A stretch of 64,000 bases of DNA from Octopus bimaculoides (Eukaryota). A program made the translations under genes and the position numbers. The DNA lies in the NCBI RefSeq assembly GCF_001194135.2, contig NC_068984.1, forward strand, positions 39,992,353-40,056,352, read 5' to 3'. The notes under the pieces are model-generated. The model saw only the letters and a program-made list of their open reading frames with translations. It was not told where the DNA came from and made no database searches. The stretch's first letter is position 1. Each line of letters begins with the position of its first letter. Below, in pieces: positions 36,955 through 49,800 of this stretch.

Positions 36955-39611
36955 TGTAACTTGGGAGGTAATTTAAAAAAAAATCTTTTATTAACATAAT
37001 AAGGAAAATACACAATTTGCTCATGGCTTAACATATATACACGTCTAGGCACAGCATAGCCGAATGGTTAAGTTTACTTCAAAATCATGAGGACCCCAAG
37101 CTCAATACCATTGTATAGCATTTTCCTTGTCCTCAGATTAACTTTGTGAGTAAAATTGGGGTGGTAAAAACTATAGAAGCCACTTGGATGACATCACACT
37201 TGATTCTGCTTTTAGTATTACATTGAGTACCTGTTCTGTGTCATGCTAATTCAATGAGCTGGTAACTGAGTAGAATAAAGAACTGAATTCTCACTATCAA
37301 AGCTGAAGAGATTGTGTGTGTATACATATTTTTTACAGAAGAAAGTATTACCTAAATAGGTTGGTTTTTGCCAGATATACAGACAGGCATGAAAATAAAT
37401 TTGTATGCTATAAATTTTTGTCTTTGAGAATTCTGTCAAGTACAATAAACTTTGAGATTGTCATTAAATGCTTGATTAAATTTGGGAAAAATCGTTTTAT
37501 TGCAGATAATTGCTCATTTAAAAGAATACATGACTAAGCACAAGCTCTCTGATCATGAAATGGTTGTCTTGGTAAGTAGATTTCTCTTAAATTTCAAATT
37601 AGCATTTTAATTGAAAACTTATGTTCTTGATAACATCTCTGTAGGTCATTTCAATTTTTTCAAATGGATTAAGTATAGATTATTTAACTCTTTTAAAAAA
37701 ATAATTAAGGTCTCATTTGGATATATTTCTTGCTTATAGTAATGTATAAACTTGTGATGGTAACAAAAAAATAATTGCACAAATACTTTTAAAACTTTAT
37801 TTTATGGAAAATTTATTTGAATGTTAAATGGAAAATATTCATAAATACTATGAATTACCTAAAGCGTTTCTCTTACAATGCATTGGAAATGAGAGAAAAC
37901 AATGTTACCATTAAAATTCAGTATCAGTATTATGACTTAAAGCTGTATGGTAAAATACATTGATTATGATTTTTCATGAACATTGAGGGAGATCACTCTG
38001 CTTTCTACAGTTGGTATATGTGGACAGTATTGGAATCATTTTCATTGGTTTGTAAGATTTTCTTTTGTGCTGCTAAATTGGTTCGTTCCAACAGTTGTCT
38101 GAACAAAACTGGGCAGTCTTAACTCAGTTTCTGTTTTTGTAGCATGGCTGATATATTATTCTGACAACTTCAGTAATCAGGAAACAACAAAAACTGGTGT
38201 TTATCTACTATAAATCCTTTGTCACAGCCTCAAGACTGATTAAAAGTAGATTAGACAACTAAACCAAATGGTTCTATAATTTAGTGTTCTGAAAGGTCAA
38301 GTGCCATGCCAAAATGAATTTTCTACTGCATCTGACATTGAGGTGTTTAACAAGGTTTGTGTGCTTGTATTCACCCTGTAGGATTGATGCCATTAACATT
38401 ATTCATGAACTGTTGCAAGTTAATGGCTGCAGAAGAAATGTGGAGTGTGGGGGGGACATTCCAGAGTTGGAAGCATTGGGTGGGGTAGGGGATGACGAGT
38501 GAGTAGGAGTGCTGTGTTGTAATGGAACAAAACCAGCTAGCTTTGAGAAGAGGCTGCCATAATAGCACTTAAATCAGACAAGACAACAAGAGGTTGGAGT
38601 ATATTTTCAAGTGACATAGTGTTAAGTGGCTTTTTTTTTTTAATTTATAGATGTAATCTAATATTTGTGCCATGAGTGCTTGTACAGGGTTAGTAGTTGC
38701 TTGATGGGAACTAATATATTTCTAGCTATGAAGATGTAGTCTTCACTATGCTGGGGATGTGTATACACCAGGAAAACTCATCTCAATAATGGTGATGTCT
38801 GGCATTTGAAGTGAAACAATTTTATATTAATTTGAAGTTGAGAATTTTCTTTGCAAATATGTTTCTAATGTATTAGGGTTATTGATGATTCACCTGTTGC
38901 AGATTTTAAGTCTATGAATGGGTTTCAAAATATTTTTTCATTAGGTTTGGAATACAGTAATGGGAACTGTTGAATGGAACAAAAAGGAAGAACTCGTAGC
39001 AGAGCAAGCTCTCAAGCATTTGCGTAATTACAGTCTTCTGTTTACTGCTGTAGCAAAAACTGAAAAATCGGAGCTCAACCTCATGGTGAGAATCCAAGAA
39101 TACTGCTACGACAATATCAATTTTATGAAGGTGTTTCAAAAAATTATAATACTCTTTTATAAATGTAAGCATTTTATTTTTACTCATATTATTGTTGTCA
39201 AAATTGTGAAATTTTTGCTAATTCTTACTTTAATGCTTTCATGTGGGGAGATGCCAACAAGTGCACTTATGGGTCTCTTTCTTTAAAAAATGACATTTGA
39301 TGATGGATGGGACAGAATTAGATTTTGTTAGGAAGTGATTGTATAGACTGTTTGATTGATATACAATTTAATTTTTATTTTTTCTTAAGCTGAGGTCCTG
39401 TCTGAAGATGTGGTCCTAAAGTGGTATCGTGATAGCCCTTCTTCAAAAGGAAAAGGTATCTTTGTTAGCCAAATGAAGAAATTTGTGGAATGGCTAAAGA
39501 GTGCTGAAGAAGGTAAAAGAAGTTTTCTTTAGTCTATTTCAATTTAATTTCTCTTAAAAAATCTTCATATTTTATCTTTTGTTTTTAATTTCTCTTTCAG
39601 AATCTGATTAG
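29896..39611 (+). CDS. BZW: eIF5-mimic protein / basic leucine zipper and W2 domain protein (BZW1/2, 5MP, krasavietz orthologue), 416 aa. Exons 29896-29956, 30109-30191, 30892-30985, 34767-34876, 35035-35100, 35651-35786, 35948-36057, 36156-36242, 36380-36463, 37506-37571, 38945-39164, 39390-39512, 39601-39611
   Basis: Translation starts [28 protein letters not shown], includes [42 protein letters not shown] and [18 protein letters not shown], and ends [15 protein letters not shown] (W2 AA-box). Exon lengths sum to 1251 nt in frame with canonical splice sites. Confidence 0.97.
33240..34400 (+). mobile_element. Decayed CR1-clade LINE in BZW intron
   Basis: [69 protein letters not shown], with frameshifts and stops. 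Confidence 0.85.
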
Positions 39612-40807
39612 TCTGGGACAGTTACCAAGTACTTATTGTTCAGCGACATGGTCCCTCTACTATTAAAATTGTTAACAGACTGATACTGCCAAAGATTTTT
39701 ACTTATTCCTACAGCATATAAGCCCAGAAGAAATAACTATTTTGGATTTGGACTAATAGATATTTGCGAAACTCCCAGAACCTTTTACACAGGTGTTGAG
39801 TTTTGCAATAAAAGTTATGAAATTGCCAACAAAGCTTTCACTTTGTCATTTCACTTACGTTTTCACAATTTACCATAAAAGTAATGTTTAGTTTTTCATG
39901 TAAATTTTTTTTTAACTGCTTTTGTGACTGCATCCCTTCCCTCCTCTTGTCTATAATTTCACATTGAAATGATATTTTTTTTCCCCCCTTCTCCTAATGA
40001 GATACAGGAAGTGATTACATGCTGGAACACATTGATCTCTGGTTATCCAGATTGGTTTGGTAGCAACTTTTTAGAGGGATAAATGGTGGACATTTTTTAA
40101 CTTGAAAACAGTTTTTGTAAGTGACAGAACTTCTAATAAAAGTGTGTAATGGTAATTGAATTTTCAAAACTTTTCTGTGTTTTTCCCATTTATTTTACAT
40201 TCCTTTTAAAAGTTTTCTTTTACTTAGTAACTTGGAAATTCCTTTTCTAAAATTAATCTTATGTCATTTTCAATAATTTCTCTTAAATAGACTTTCAAAC
40301 TTCTAGTTTTTTTGTGCTTTTAATGGAATGATTGTTATCATGCTAGTTAAAACTGGGACTTATTTCTAACTTTCAAGTATGATGACTTGAATTAAAAGAA
40401 ATTTTTTAAATGAACTGATACAATGGAAACAAATCAAAGTATTGAAATTAAAATAAAACAAGCTTCGAAGTTTGTCATTTGGTGACAATTTTTATTTATT
40501 ACTGTACAGATTACAACTGTTTCATTGTTTAAAAAAATTTCAAGCAATTTTCTAGATGAGTTCTGAAAGTGTTTATTACAATTAGTTTTGGCAAAAGTAT
40601 TTGATGTATTTTTGTCCCATTCTATTCTGAAGATGAAACATGAGCTCGCATGCATATATGTATATAATATATAGGGATGGCTGGTTGGTTTGATATCTTA
40701 TATAGAAAACAATGTTTCAGTGGCTAAATATTTAGATCACTTAGCTGAAGAAAAAAAATAGATACATTTGGCTATATAGCAGTTTTAGAAATTCAGGCTT
40801 TTCAGTT

Positions 40808-43800
40808 TCACTTTTTGGAATATTTTTTGGGCCGTTCTGTTTTCCGTTGTGCTGGTTCAGGCTTAGCTTCTATGTGACGACCATACAAACTGAGAATAAA
40901 AAACAAGGAAATTTTTTTTGTAAAACTTAGAAGCTACTTAAATGGTGTTAGAATTGCTTTTTACTTGGTCTTATTTTGGAACAGAAATTGTAATTATATA
41001 AAAAGGTAATAATCATAAATTATTGCATAGTAAATCTAAAAATGGCTTGATAAAATTTTTGCTGCATTTCAAGTTTGAAATTTACATGTTAAGTATTCTG
41101 CAGTTCTACAAAATTTGAATTTTAAATAACAAAACTTATCATAAAATTATGATTGTGTACTTACTATCTGTATTTATCAGAGCGGATATATTCAAATACA
41201 TGTGATACACCAATCTGAAGCTGGTCGCCAATCAGGGCTACCCATGGGTTGTTTTCACACCGAAAAATTTGTTTTGTTCCATATAAATCAAGTTGACCTG
41301 TAAATTATTTATTTCAAATAGAATTCTTGTGAATATATAAATAATTAATTCATTTTATATGGCTGTTTATAATTCTCACTCTTCCATGTTTGCATGAGTT
41401 GGATGGAGTTTGAGCCAGGTTATTTAATGCCATACTCTGTTTCCAAGCAAGGTGATATTTCATCATGCAGAACATGGGAAATGAATGACATTGATTTACA
41501 ACATTAAACACTGTCAGGACAGAGACTCAAAAATATACACAAACAAGCCTCTCTTAGTTTCAGTCCACTATATCCAATCATGAGGCTTTAGTTGGTTTCA
41601 GATTATAATAGATGCCCAAAGTGCCGAGCACTGGTACTGAACCCAAAACCATGTGGTTGGGAAGCAAACTACTGTACAGACATGCATAAGTAACTGCAAA
41701 TATTTAGACTTAGCTCAGTGGAAATGGGTGATAAATAAAAGGTACCCTCTCTAGTGAGCTTTATTTACTGTGTTACTGTAAATATTACTCATAAGATAGG
41801 TATGCTGAGATCTATCGATGTTTTGTTACTCTTCAGTTTATGAGGTAGCAATATTTTGTAGAGTATATCTGAATGTGAGCAAATGCTAGAAATAACTTCA
41901 CCTTTTACCTCACTTAGCTGCTATTGATACTAATTTTATCAATGTGTCTCATCAATATATTTAGATGACTAAAAGCTATTCATATTAGGAAACCAAATTC
42001 AAAGTCACAATGTATATGCCTAATATGACAATCTTACCTAGTTCAGGTGGTAAAGTGCTCAGCCGATTTCCTTGAATATATAATTCCCTTAAGCGTTGAA
42101 GGTTGCCTATTTCTTTTGGAAGGGTATGAAGATCATTGTCTCTTAAAGACAACTAGAAAGAGAAAAAAATGTTATTGTGTGTCATATCAGTTCATAAGAT
42201 TTGTATTAAGCTTTAATATTTGACAATTTTAAAGTTCAATAGTTTGGATTTAAGGTATATTATGATTGCTGAATGATTATTTCAAATTTAAATAACCAGC
42301 ATACATAATATAACCAATCTATTGAACAGTTATTTTCATGTTAATGATTTCAATTAGAATTAATCATTATCTTACTGAAGATTTAACTATAAATTGTATG
42401 TCTACTTGCTGACGTATAAGGTTTCTATAGGAAGTAGAATTTTGCTGTACTCACAATTTGCAAATTTTGAAACTTTCCTATCTCAGGAGGAATAAATGTA
42501 AAATCATTGTCACCAAGATATAAGGCACGCAGTGTTTCTGTATATACAAAGCAATGGACAATATATGCATGGAGAAAAGAGAAAAAAAATCAAGTAGGGT
42601 TGGTGGATTAAAACATTTTTTTTATTTAACCCTCTCAATGTTTGCAATAGTTATAAATGAAAAATAATTCAGAAGTTTAGAACTTTTCTAAATATAATCA
42701 AATGTTAAAAATTATTACAGCTGTTAAAAGTAATGGCACAGAAACGGTCTTTTAATCTAACTTTTGCTGTTAATAGTTTCTCAGCTAACCCCAGACACTT
42801 GATGCAAGATGAGTGGTTCCAGAGAATCCATGTCCTTCATATTGATAATTCAGAATGCTAAATTAATTATTACAATGATCGTATTTTGCTCTGGTGGCTA
42901 ATTAAACACTGAATATTGCAATACAAATGAACCTATTTTGAATTGAGTTTAAACTTTACTGACTGCTCATCTTTTTAAGTTGTGTCCATCTTATTCTTGA
43001 ATAATAATTTTGGCTTTAGAACATGTCTTAATGAATTCTGGAAGTATGTTTTGTTCTGACAATTGTAACTGTTACATCAAAGTGTCTTTGAAATCAAAGC
43101 CAATTAGGATGGAGATAACAAGCTTTTCATTTCCACAAATATCCTTCAGTAATCTATTTGCAAATTTTGGTCAGTTGCTTTTTGACACAATGCTTGTATC
43201 ATCACCTGATCCTATGGACTTTTAGTTGAGAACTGTTAACTGTGAATAAACAGCAGGAGGGAAAATATTCAACTGTAATATTTCAACAATATGTAAATAT
43301 CCACATTTTAAAACTTATTTTAATTTTACTGTGTTAATATGAATAAAACTGTTTAGCTTTTTTTTTTTGTATTTGCAGAGAGATATTGAAAGCTTACATT
43401 TCTGCATTTTTTCCCCTTTTCAATATTAATATTAATACAATATTAGGTGTATCTGAGATTTGACTTAAAAATAATCCATTGTTCTTCACATCAGCATCTT
43501 TGTTATAGAGTATTATCATCATTTTAATGCCTATTAATCTATGCTTGCTTATATGGGTCAGACAGAATTTGTTGAGGCAGATTTTCTATGGCCAGATGCC
43601 ATTACTCTCTCCAACCTTCATTTGTTTCCAAGCAAGGTAATATTTCTCTATGACTACAAATTTTCATGGAAGATAGGTAATGAATATCACTTGTATGATG
43701 GTGATACTCCTTTACAGTATTGCATGATATCAAGATGAGGTGCAAACATATAAATACAAAATCAACCTCTCATGGGTTTCTTTTCCTTTCAGTCTACCAA

Positions 43801-46800
43801 ATTCACTCACAAGGCTTTGGTCAGCCTGGAGCTATAAAAGACACTTGCCCAAGATAACATACAGTGGGCAATGATAAAGTTAAATACTTTCTTTAGAAAA
43901 AAAAAAAACTAAAATAGTCAATTTAACATTTGATAGAACATTTTGACATCACATACAGAAGTGCAGATAATTGACTTAAGAATATCAATACTGTCTGACA
44001 ACCCTTGGTTTTGTGTTCTGTGACTATAGTGCTGACCATGGTTAGGAATTGTAATTTTCTAATTTAGTAACTTTACTGTAAATAGATATCTTGTAAATTA
44101 TAAATCTGACAGTCCTGTTATTTCCAAAGCTATAATAATAATAATACACCAACCTAAACAAAAAAAGTTGCCAGGTAAACTGTTCTCTGTGAGAAAGTTG
44201 TAAGTAAGATCAAGGACTTCCAAAACAGGAAAGGCACCAAATCCACGTGGGAGTATTTTCAATCGGTTAATGCTATTGTAAAGAAAATGGTTATGTAAGT
44301 AAAATTATTTAATGTAATAGAAGACAACTCAAGTTATCTAGGGTGTCCATAAAAACCTCTTATTTAACAAAACATTGAAATCAGTGGAAAAAAAAAATCA
44401 TAGAATTAGTAACATTGTTTGGAGATTCTTGAGCAGAGTTTCATGTGGACATCAGTACCTTTGCAGAGCTTAAATTTAGCATTTTAAAAACATCCTGGTA
44501 CATTTGTGGTGTTATCTGAAGTATTTTGTATACATTCACAGAAATTGTCTGGAGTCATAGTTTCATAGAAACAATTCAGGTTTGATAAAGTCCCAAGCAA
44601 TGAAATCCAAAAGTGTTTGATCTGCTGATTTTAGCTGGCCATGCTGTTACTCCCATATCCAATTACTAATTTGGAAATCATTCATGTATGAAATTTTGAG
44701 TGTTTGTGGTATAAAGGCAACGGGCATCATTTATCTTTATTGGAAAAAAAAACTGATTCTATGGATCAATGCCAATGATTTTTTTTTCAATATTATTTAT
44801 TACCTTTTGAGCTATTGGTCTTTCATGACGATATATAAGAATATAAATCGAAAAGTACCCACCTATATGCCGAAGAGGCTCCGGCAAAGAAAATCTTCCT
44901 CATGTAAAATATGCAGATGAATAACTAACTGCTCTATTTATTCTGAGAGTTTGCAAATTAGTTTTTCATTAAAACAGACAATTTCTTGCACAATGAGCTC
45001 TCTCCAGATATTTTGTCTTGTCAAGACTTTTATTTCTGCAGTTCTAGGATCACTTTTTAATTCTGTGGACTTCACATGCCTTTGTTTTTATGGCTAAGAT
45101 TCAGTTTGCTGAAAGTGGCTCCCCTTCACTTCATTCAGGTAATTTTTTTAAGGAGCCCAAATATTAGTTTGTAAGAAAACTAATTTGAATCTGATTTCGT
45201 CTAAGTAATGGATATAATCTAATACTGAATGGTTAATATATATGGTAAGTTATTTGTCATATACAAAGCAGTGAAGGCATGGGTCCCAAAGGTTAGAGTG
45301 TTGCACTCATGATTGCACAATTGTGGTTTTGATCCCAGACCCAATGGTGCATTGTGATCTTCAGCAAAAAAATTTTATTTCATGTTACTCTCGTCCACTC
45401 ATTTCATTTTTTTTTTTAAACAAAACTTTGAAATCCAATAATTATGTCCAGTTCACTCAGTTGTAAATGAAATTTTCTTACCTTGGTCAGTTATACACCA
45501 TGGATACCAGATATGTGTGTCCGAGGATTTGAGACAGCACACTTTTTTGTTGTATATACAAAACAAACGTGAAAGGTATTGTGAGAACCCAATGGAACTT
45601 AGACATGCTTCTCTCTTGTTTGATTTTTCTCGCTGCTTTTGTGGATTCTCATGACTCTGTTGCTGTCCAATTCCATTCTTATGAATTTGAATTGGGAGCC
45701 TGAGTCATAGCAAATCTTTTATTAGCTGATTATACAACCATGGATGCCACCCTTATGTAAGTGTTGCAGTTACTTGATAGAGCTTGGTGATCTTGACAGT
45801 TAATCTTCAAGGATTCCTCCACTTAGAATCAATGTAAGAAACATTGTTGGCTCAGTTGAGCTCTTCTGCTACCTCTTCACAGTCTGCCATGCTGCAGTCC
45901 CATGACTTTGCCATATCCCTAGCAGGGTGGCTGAATGGGTGCTATGCCTAGTCAAAGAGCAGTCTGTAACTGTGCAGGGCACAGTTGTCACTCCATGAGG
46001 TATTTTCAAAATACAAGCATGTCCTGCATTTTATAGAATGTAAGATTATCTTGATTTAGACTTACACAATTTGGAAAAACCTAAGTGGAACATTTTAAAT
46101 GTTATATTGTTTCTATTAATCAGTTATCCTTAGTTTGTCTCAGTAAAACAAGAATATCATGAGGAGGCATTTTTCAATTTATATTCTCATATTACAATAA
46201 AAAAAACAAACAGTTCAGATGTAATAAATAACTGTGATTGTATAATTTATTGGCATATGCCCAATGAATCAATTTTTTTCTCTGAGAGAAATCTGAACGA
46301 AAGGGGGAAAAAAATCATGTTTGTAGGGTGGGAGACATGGAGGGGTTCCAAAAAGAAAAAAAAGGAGCAGTTTAGCAGCTATTTAGCTGTATTAGATTCT
46401 GTACAATGAAAGTGCTTATATTTGAAATGAAATTGCACATCTAGTACAAAGGCATAATGCCAATCACTTTTAGAAGTTGCTGGTAACCGTTTTACTCAGT
46501 CACTCAATCTGAAGAGGGGGTGCTTATAAAGTTAATAAAAAGAATAAAATACAAATTTCAAATTTGGAAATAGCATAGAAGCATGTAAGCTCTTAGTATA
46601 GAAAAAAAAGCCTACAACATGATCTATTTTCGTCTGTAGTGAGTTCAGTTGGGAAAGGGAAGATTGTTGCAACTCACTTTTTAATGATGTCAATAAGGCT
46701 TGATTTCCCCATTGGTAGAAAGCCAAGCAACTGACTCTATCTTGTTCACGTATAAAATAAAGAGTTATTTATCTTTGTATTTTTAACTCCAGATTATCAA

Positions 46801-49800
46801 CTCATAGGAATGCAGGCAATTATCATGTCTTGGCATTTGTACAACACTAGATTCTCATAAAGAGCAGGAACCATTTATATTAATTGATTTTATAGGTTCA
46901 GTAATAAATTGACTGAATTTTAATCTTGATGTCACTACTAAAAACATACTTTGCTAAGTAAGTTATATGGCAACCATGTTATAATTTACTATCAATAAAC
47001 ACATAAATTTCAGCTATATATATCAATTACAATATATATAAATTAATTACAAATATATTATAAAATGAAAAATATAATTTAAATGAAGTGCTTTGAAAAA
47101 ATAAAATTAGTTTATCATTATTGAAAATTTTATTTGGAATCAGCATTTGAATGAATATTTCTGACATATAACATACAATGGCAGTGAATAAATGGCATAA
47201 ACTTACCCTAGATTCAATGTTTTCAGCTTTGTTAAATTTGACATATTAGTTGGTAAAATCTATTAAAAAGTACATAAGATATCAACTCATAGGAATGCAG
47301 GCAATCATAGTTGGAGAAGGCAAACAGAAACTATAATTACATACTAAATTCTTTACTGATGAACAGTAAATTAATTATTTTGATTGTTATTTTTTATTGA
47401 AATATAGCAAGCGAAAAAAAAAAAAACTTATGGAATTACATTTTAAAATTTACAACAAAATCTTAAAAAAGAAAATGAATAAAAATAAATATGTAATAAT
47501 ACTCTTACCTCTATGTGATTATTAAAGAGATTAAGTTTTTCTATGTTAATCAAACCGAGAATTTCAGGAGGAACTTCTAAAAAAATGGAAAAGAATTTTT
47601 AAAATCAGTTAGATACATTGATTTTTAGATGGATTTCTTACATAAGAATAAATAATTTAAATTTTAACCCTATCACATCATATTCCTGTTATAGCAAGAA
47701 TAGGTTAAATGTAATTTTTGTTGGATTCCTAGTAAAGTGGTAATGAACAACACACATAGAAAAAGAAGCTGATTCTGTTCATTAGTGTGCCTGTAATCAT
47801 CACTCTTGGGTTGTATATGCAACTATTTATTTTTTTTTGCTCAGGATCCCAGGTAGAAGGTAAAGTTAGACACAGGGGCCCAGGTGTGAGAGGGTTAAAA
47901 AAAGAATTCTATTAATACCAAGCTTTTAATATGAATTGCTCAATATAAACATATTTTGGAATGTTTTATTATTTTATATCAAAACTAGTGACCAATAGTG
48001 TCCTCAATATTAGATGTTTTCAATAGTCCAGTCATTCATTCCTTATATTTCTAATGGCAAAACTGATAGGGGAGTATCTGAAACTTGATGCAGAGCAATT
48101 GTAGAAATGCATTTTTTCCTCTTTGATGTTTACACTCTAAACTGTTCAAATCAAGGAAGCTTTCCGATCTGAAACCAGTATTAAACAAACAAGAACTACT
48201 GGCAACTAAAACAACACCAATCTGTGCATTCACTATGCTCCACAACATAACACTGGGTAAAATGATTAGCAGCATTTTCTCCATCTTTACATTCTGAGTT
48301 CAAATTCTGTTGAGGTTGACTTTGCCTTTCATCCTTTTGAGGTTGATAAAGTAAGTACCAATTGAGCACCAGGGACAATGTAATTGACATGACCTCTTCC
48401 CCGAAATTACTGGACTTCTGTCAAAATTTAAAACCAATATTTAATAGAACTAAGTGCACAGAATATTGAAATGAATAGAGTTAATAAAAAAGAACCAGTC
48501 ATGTAAAAGTGAATTTTCAACCTCAAACTAATGTTAAGAAATCAATAATTTCTGTTAGGTTTTAATGGTACTAATACAACTGAGTTAAACCTGTTAATTG
48601 TTACGCGTTGACTGTAGTTTCTTCATGTAAATACTCTGACTGAGCATAATTGCTTTTCACAAGATCAAACTGAGATAACTGCATTTGACAAAATCTAACA
48701 CAAGATTAAATTTATAAATTGATTTCTTATAAAGGAACAAGGTTTCAAAAGTTAGTGGTTAAAGGAAATTGTAACTTGGATTTGTGTCTAATTTTAACAT
48801 TAAAAAAAAATCAATATTACTGGTGAATTAATTGATAAGCACTGTGAAATATGAAGTATACTTGCAGTAAGCTTAGGAGGTAAGGAAGCTTTATATTTTG
48901 GAGAAAGCCAGTTCATTTCTCTCACATTGCAAATACTTGAAGAATGACTAACCATAACACTAACTCATTCCTTTTCTCTGTGTATAGTTGATAGTGGTTT
49001 CATATTAACAAACATTATTATCATCATCAACTAATATAGAGTGTAATATTGTACGAAATACAAAATAGTTCAAAGAAACTAAAGAACAATGAAAAAAATA
49101 GATAACAAAATAAGAAAATTGAAAAGCTTAGAATGATAGTAATGAATAAAATCTTTATGATTGCTAGTTCAATATATTTTTTTAAACATATATGAAATGA
49201 ATGGAGCATCACAAAGATGAAGCCAAGGATGCTGGCCTAGTTGACAGAAGTGTTTACAGTTCATATCCTGTCACATGTACTGTGATATCTTTGGTACAGT
49301 TCTGAATGGTACAGTTTGCTTAGTAGCAAAAAAGTACTATTGGAAGGTACAGTTACATCAGTGGACGATAGAGTAAAACTCATGATTACTCTATTTAGCT
49401 TTCATTGCTAAGTTCACATCATAGAGATGAAGTAAGCAATGTGAAACCGTTTCAGTTACATTTTTAGGTTTTAGGTCTAATTTTCTGAGATAACATCTTA
49501 AGTAAAATATGTAAGTTTGCAATTAACTTACTAATCAGCTCTGATGATTTAAAGCACACAGAATGAAACCTCAAGTCAAGAGAGACAACAAAATGTTGCA
49601 CTAGATATGAGCTTACAATAGTTAAAGATGTACATACAATCTCTTCAACAAATGTGAAACATTCTTAATATATTTGGACTGAAAAATATTACCTGTTAAT
49701 TTATTGTGACTCAATGTCAATCTGGTAAGATGCTCAAGGTTTACTGAAAATAAAAAATAACAATTTAAGGTAAAGATTATGATTATCATTTAATAAATGG

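Noticed and set aside
30192-38944. Intronic C/D or H/ACA snoRNAs in BZW introns (for example TGATGA at about 30687 with a nearby CTGA)
   Set aside because: Box spacing is too short or terminal stems are absent; nothing supportable without a covariance search.
44850-44930. CpG-containing segment with a minus-strand donor TAG|GTGGGT in an RSU1 intron
   Set aside because: RSU1 is complete and in frame without it, there is no convincing acceptor, and the translation is not LRR-like.
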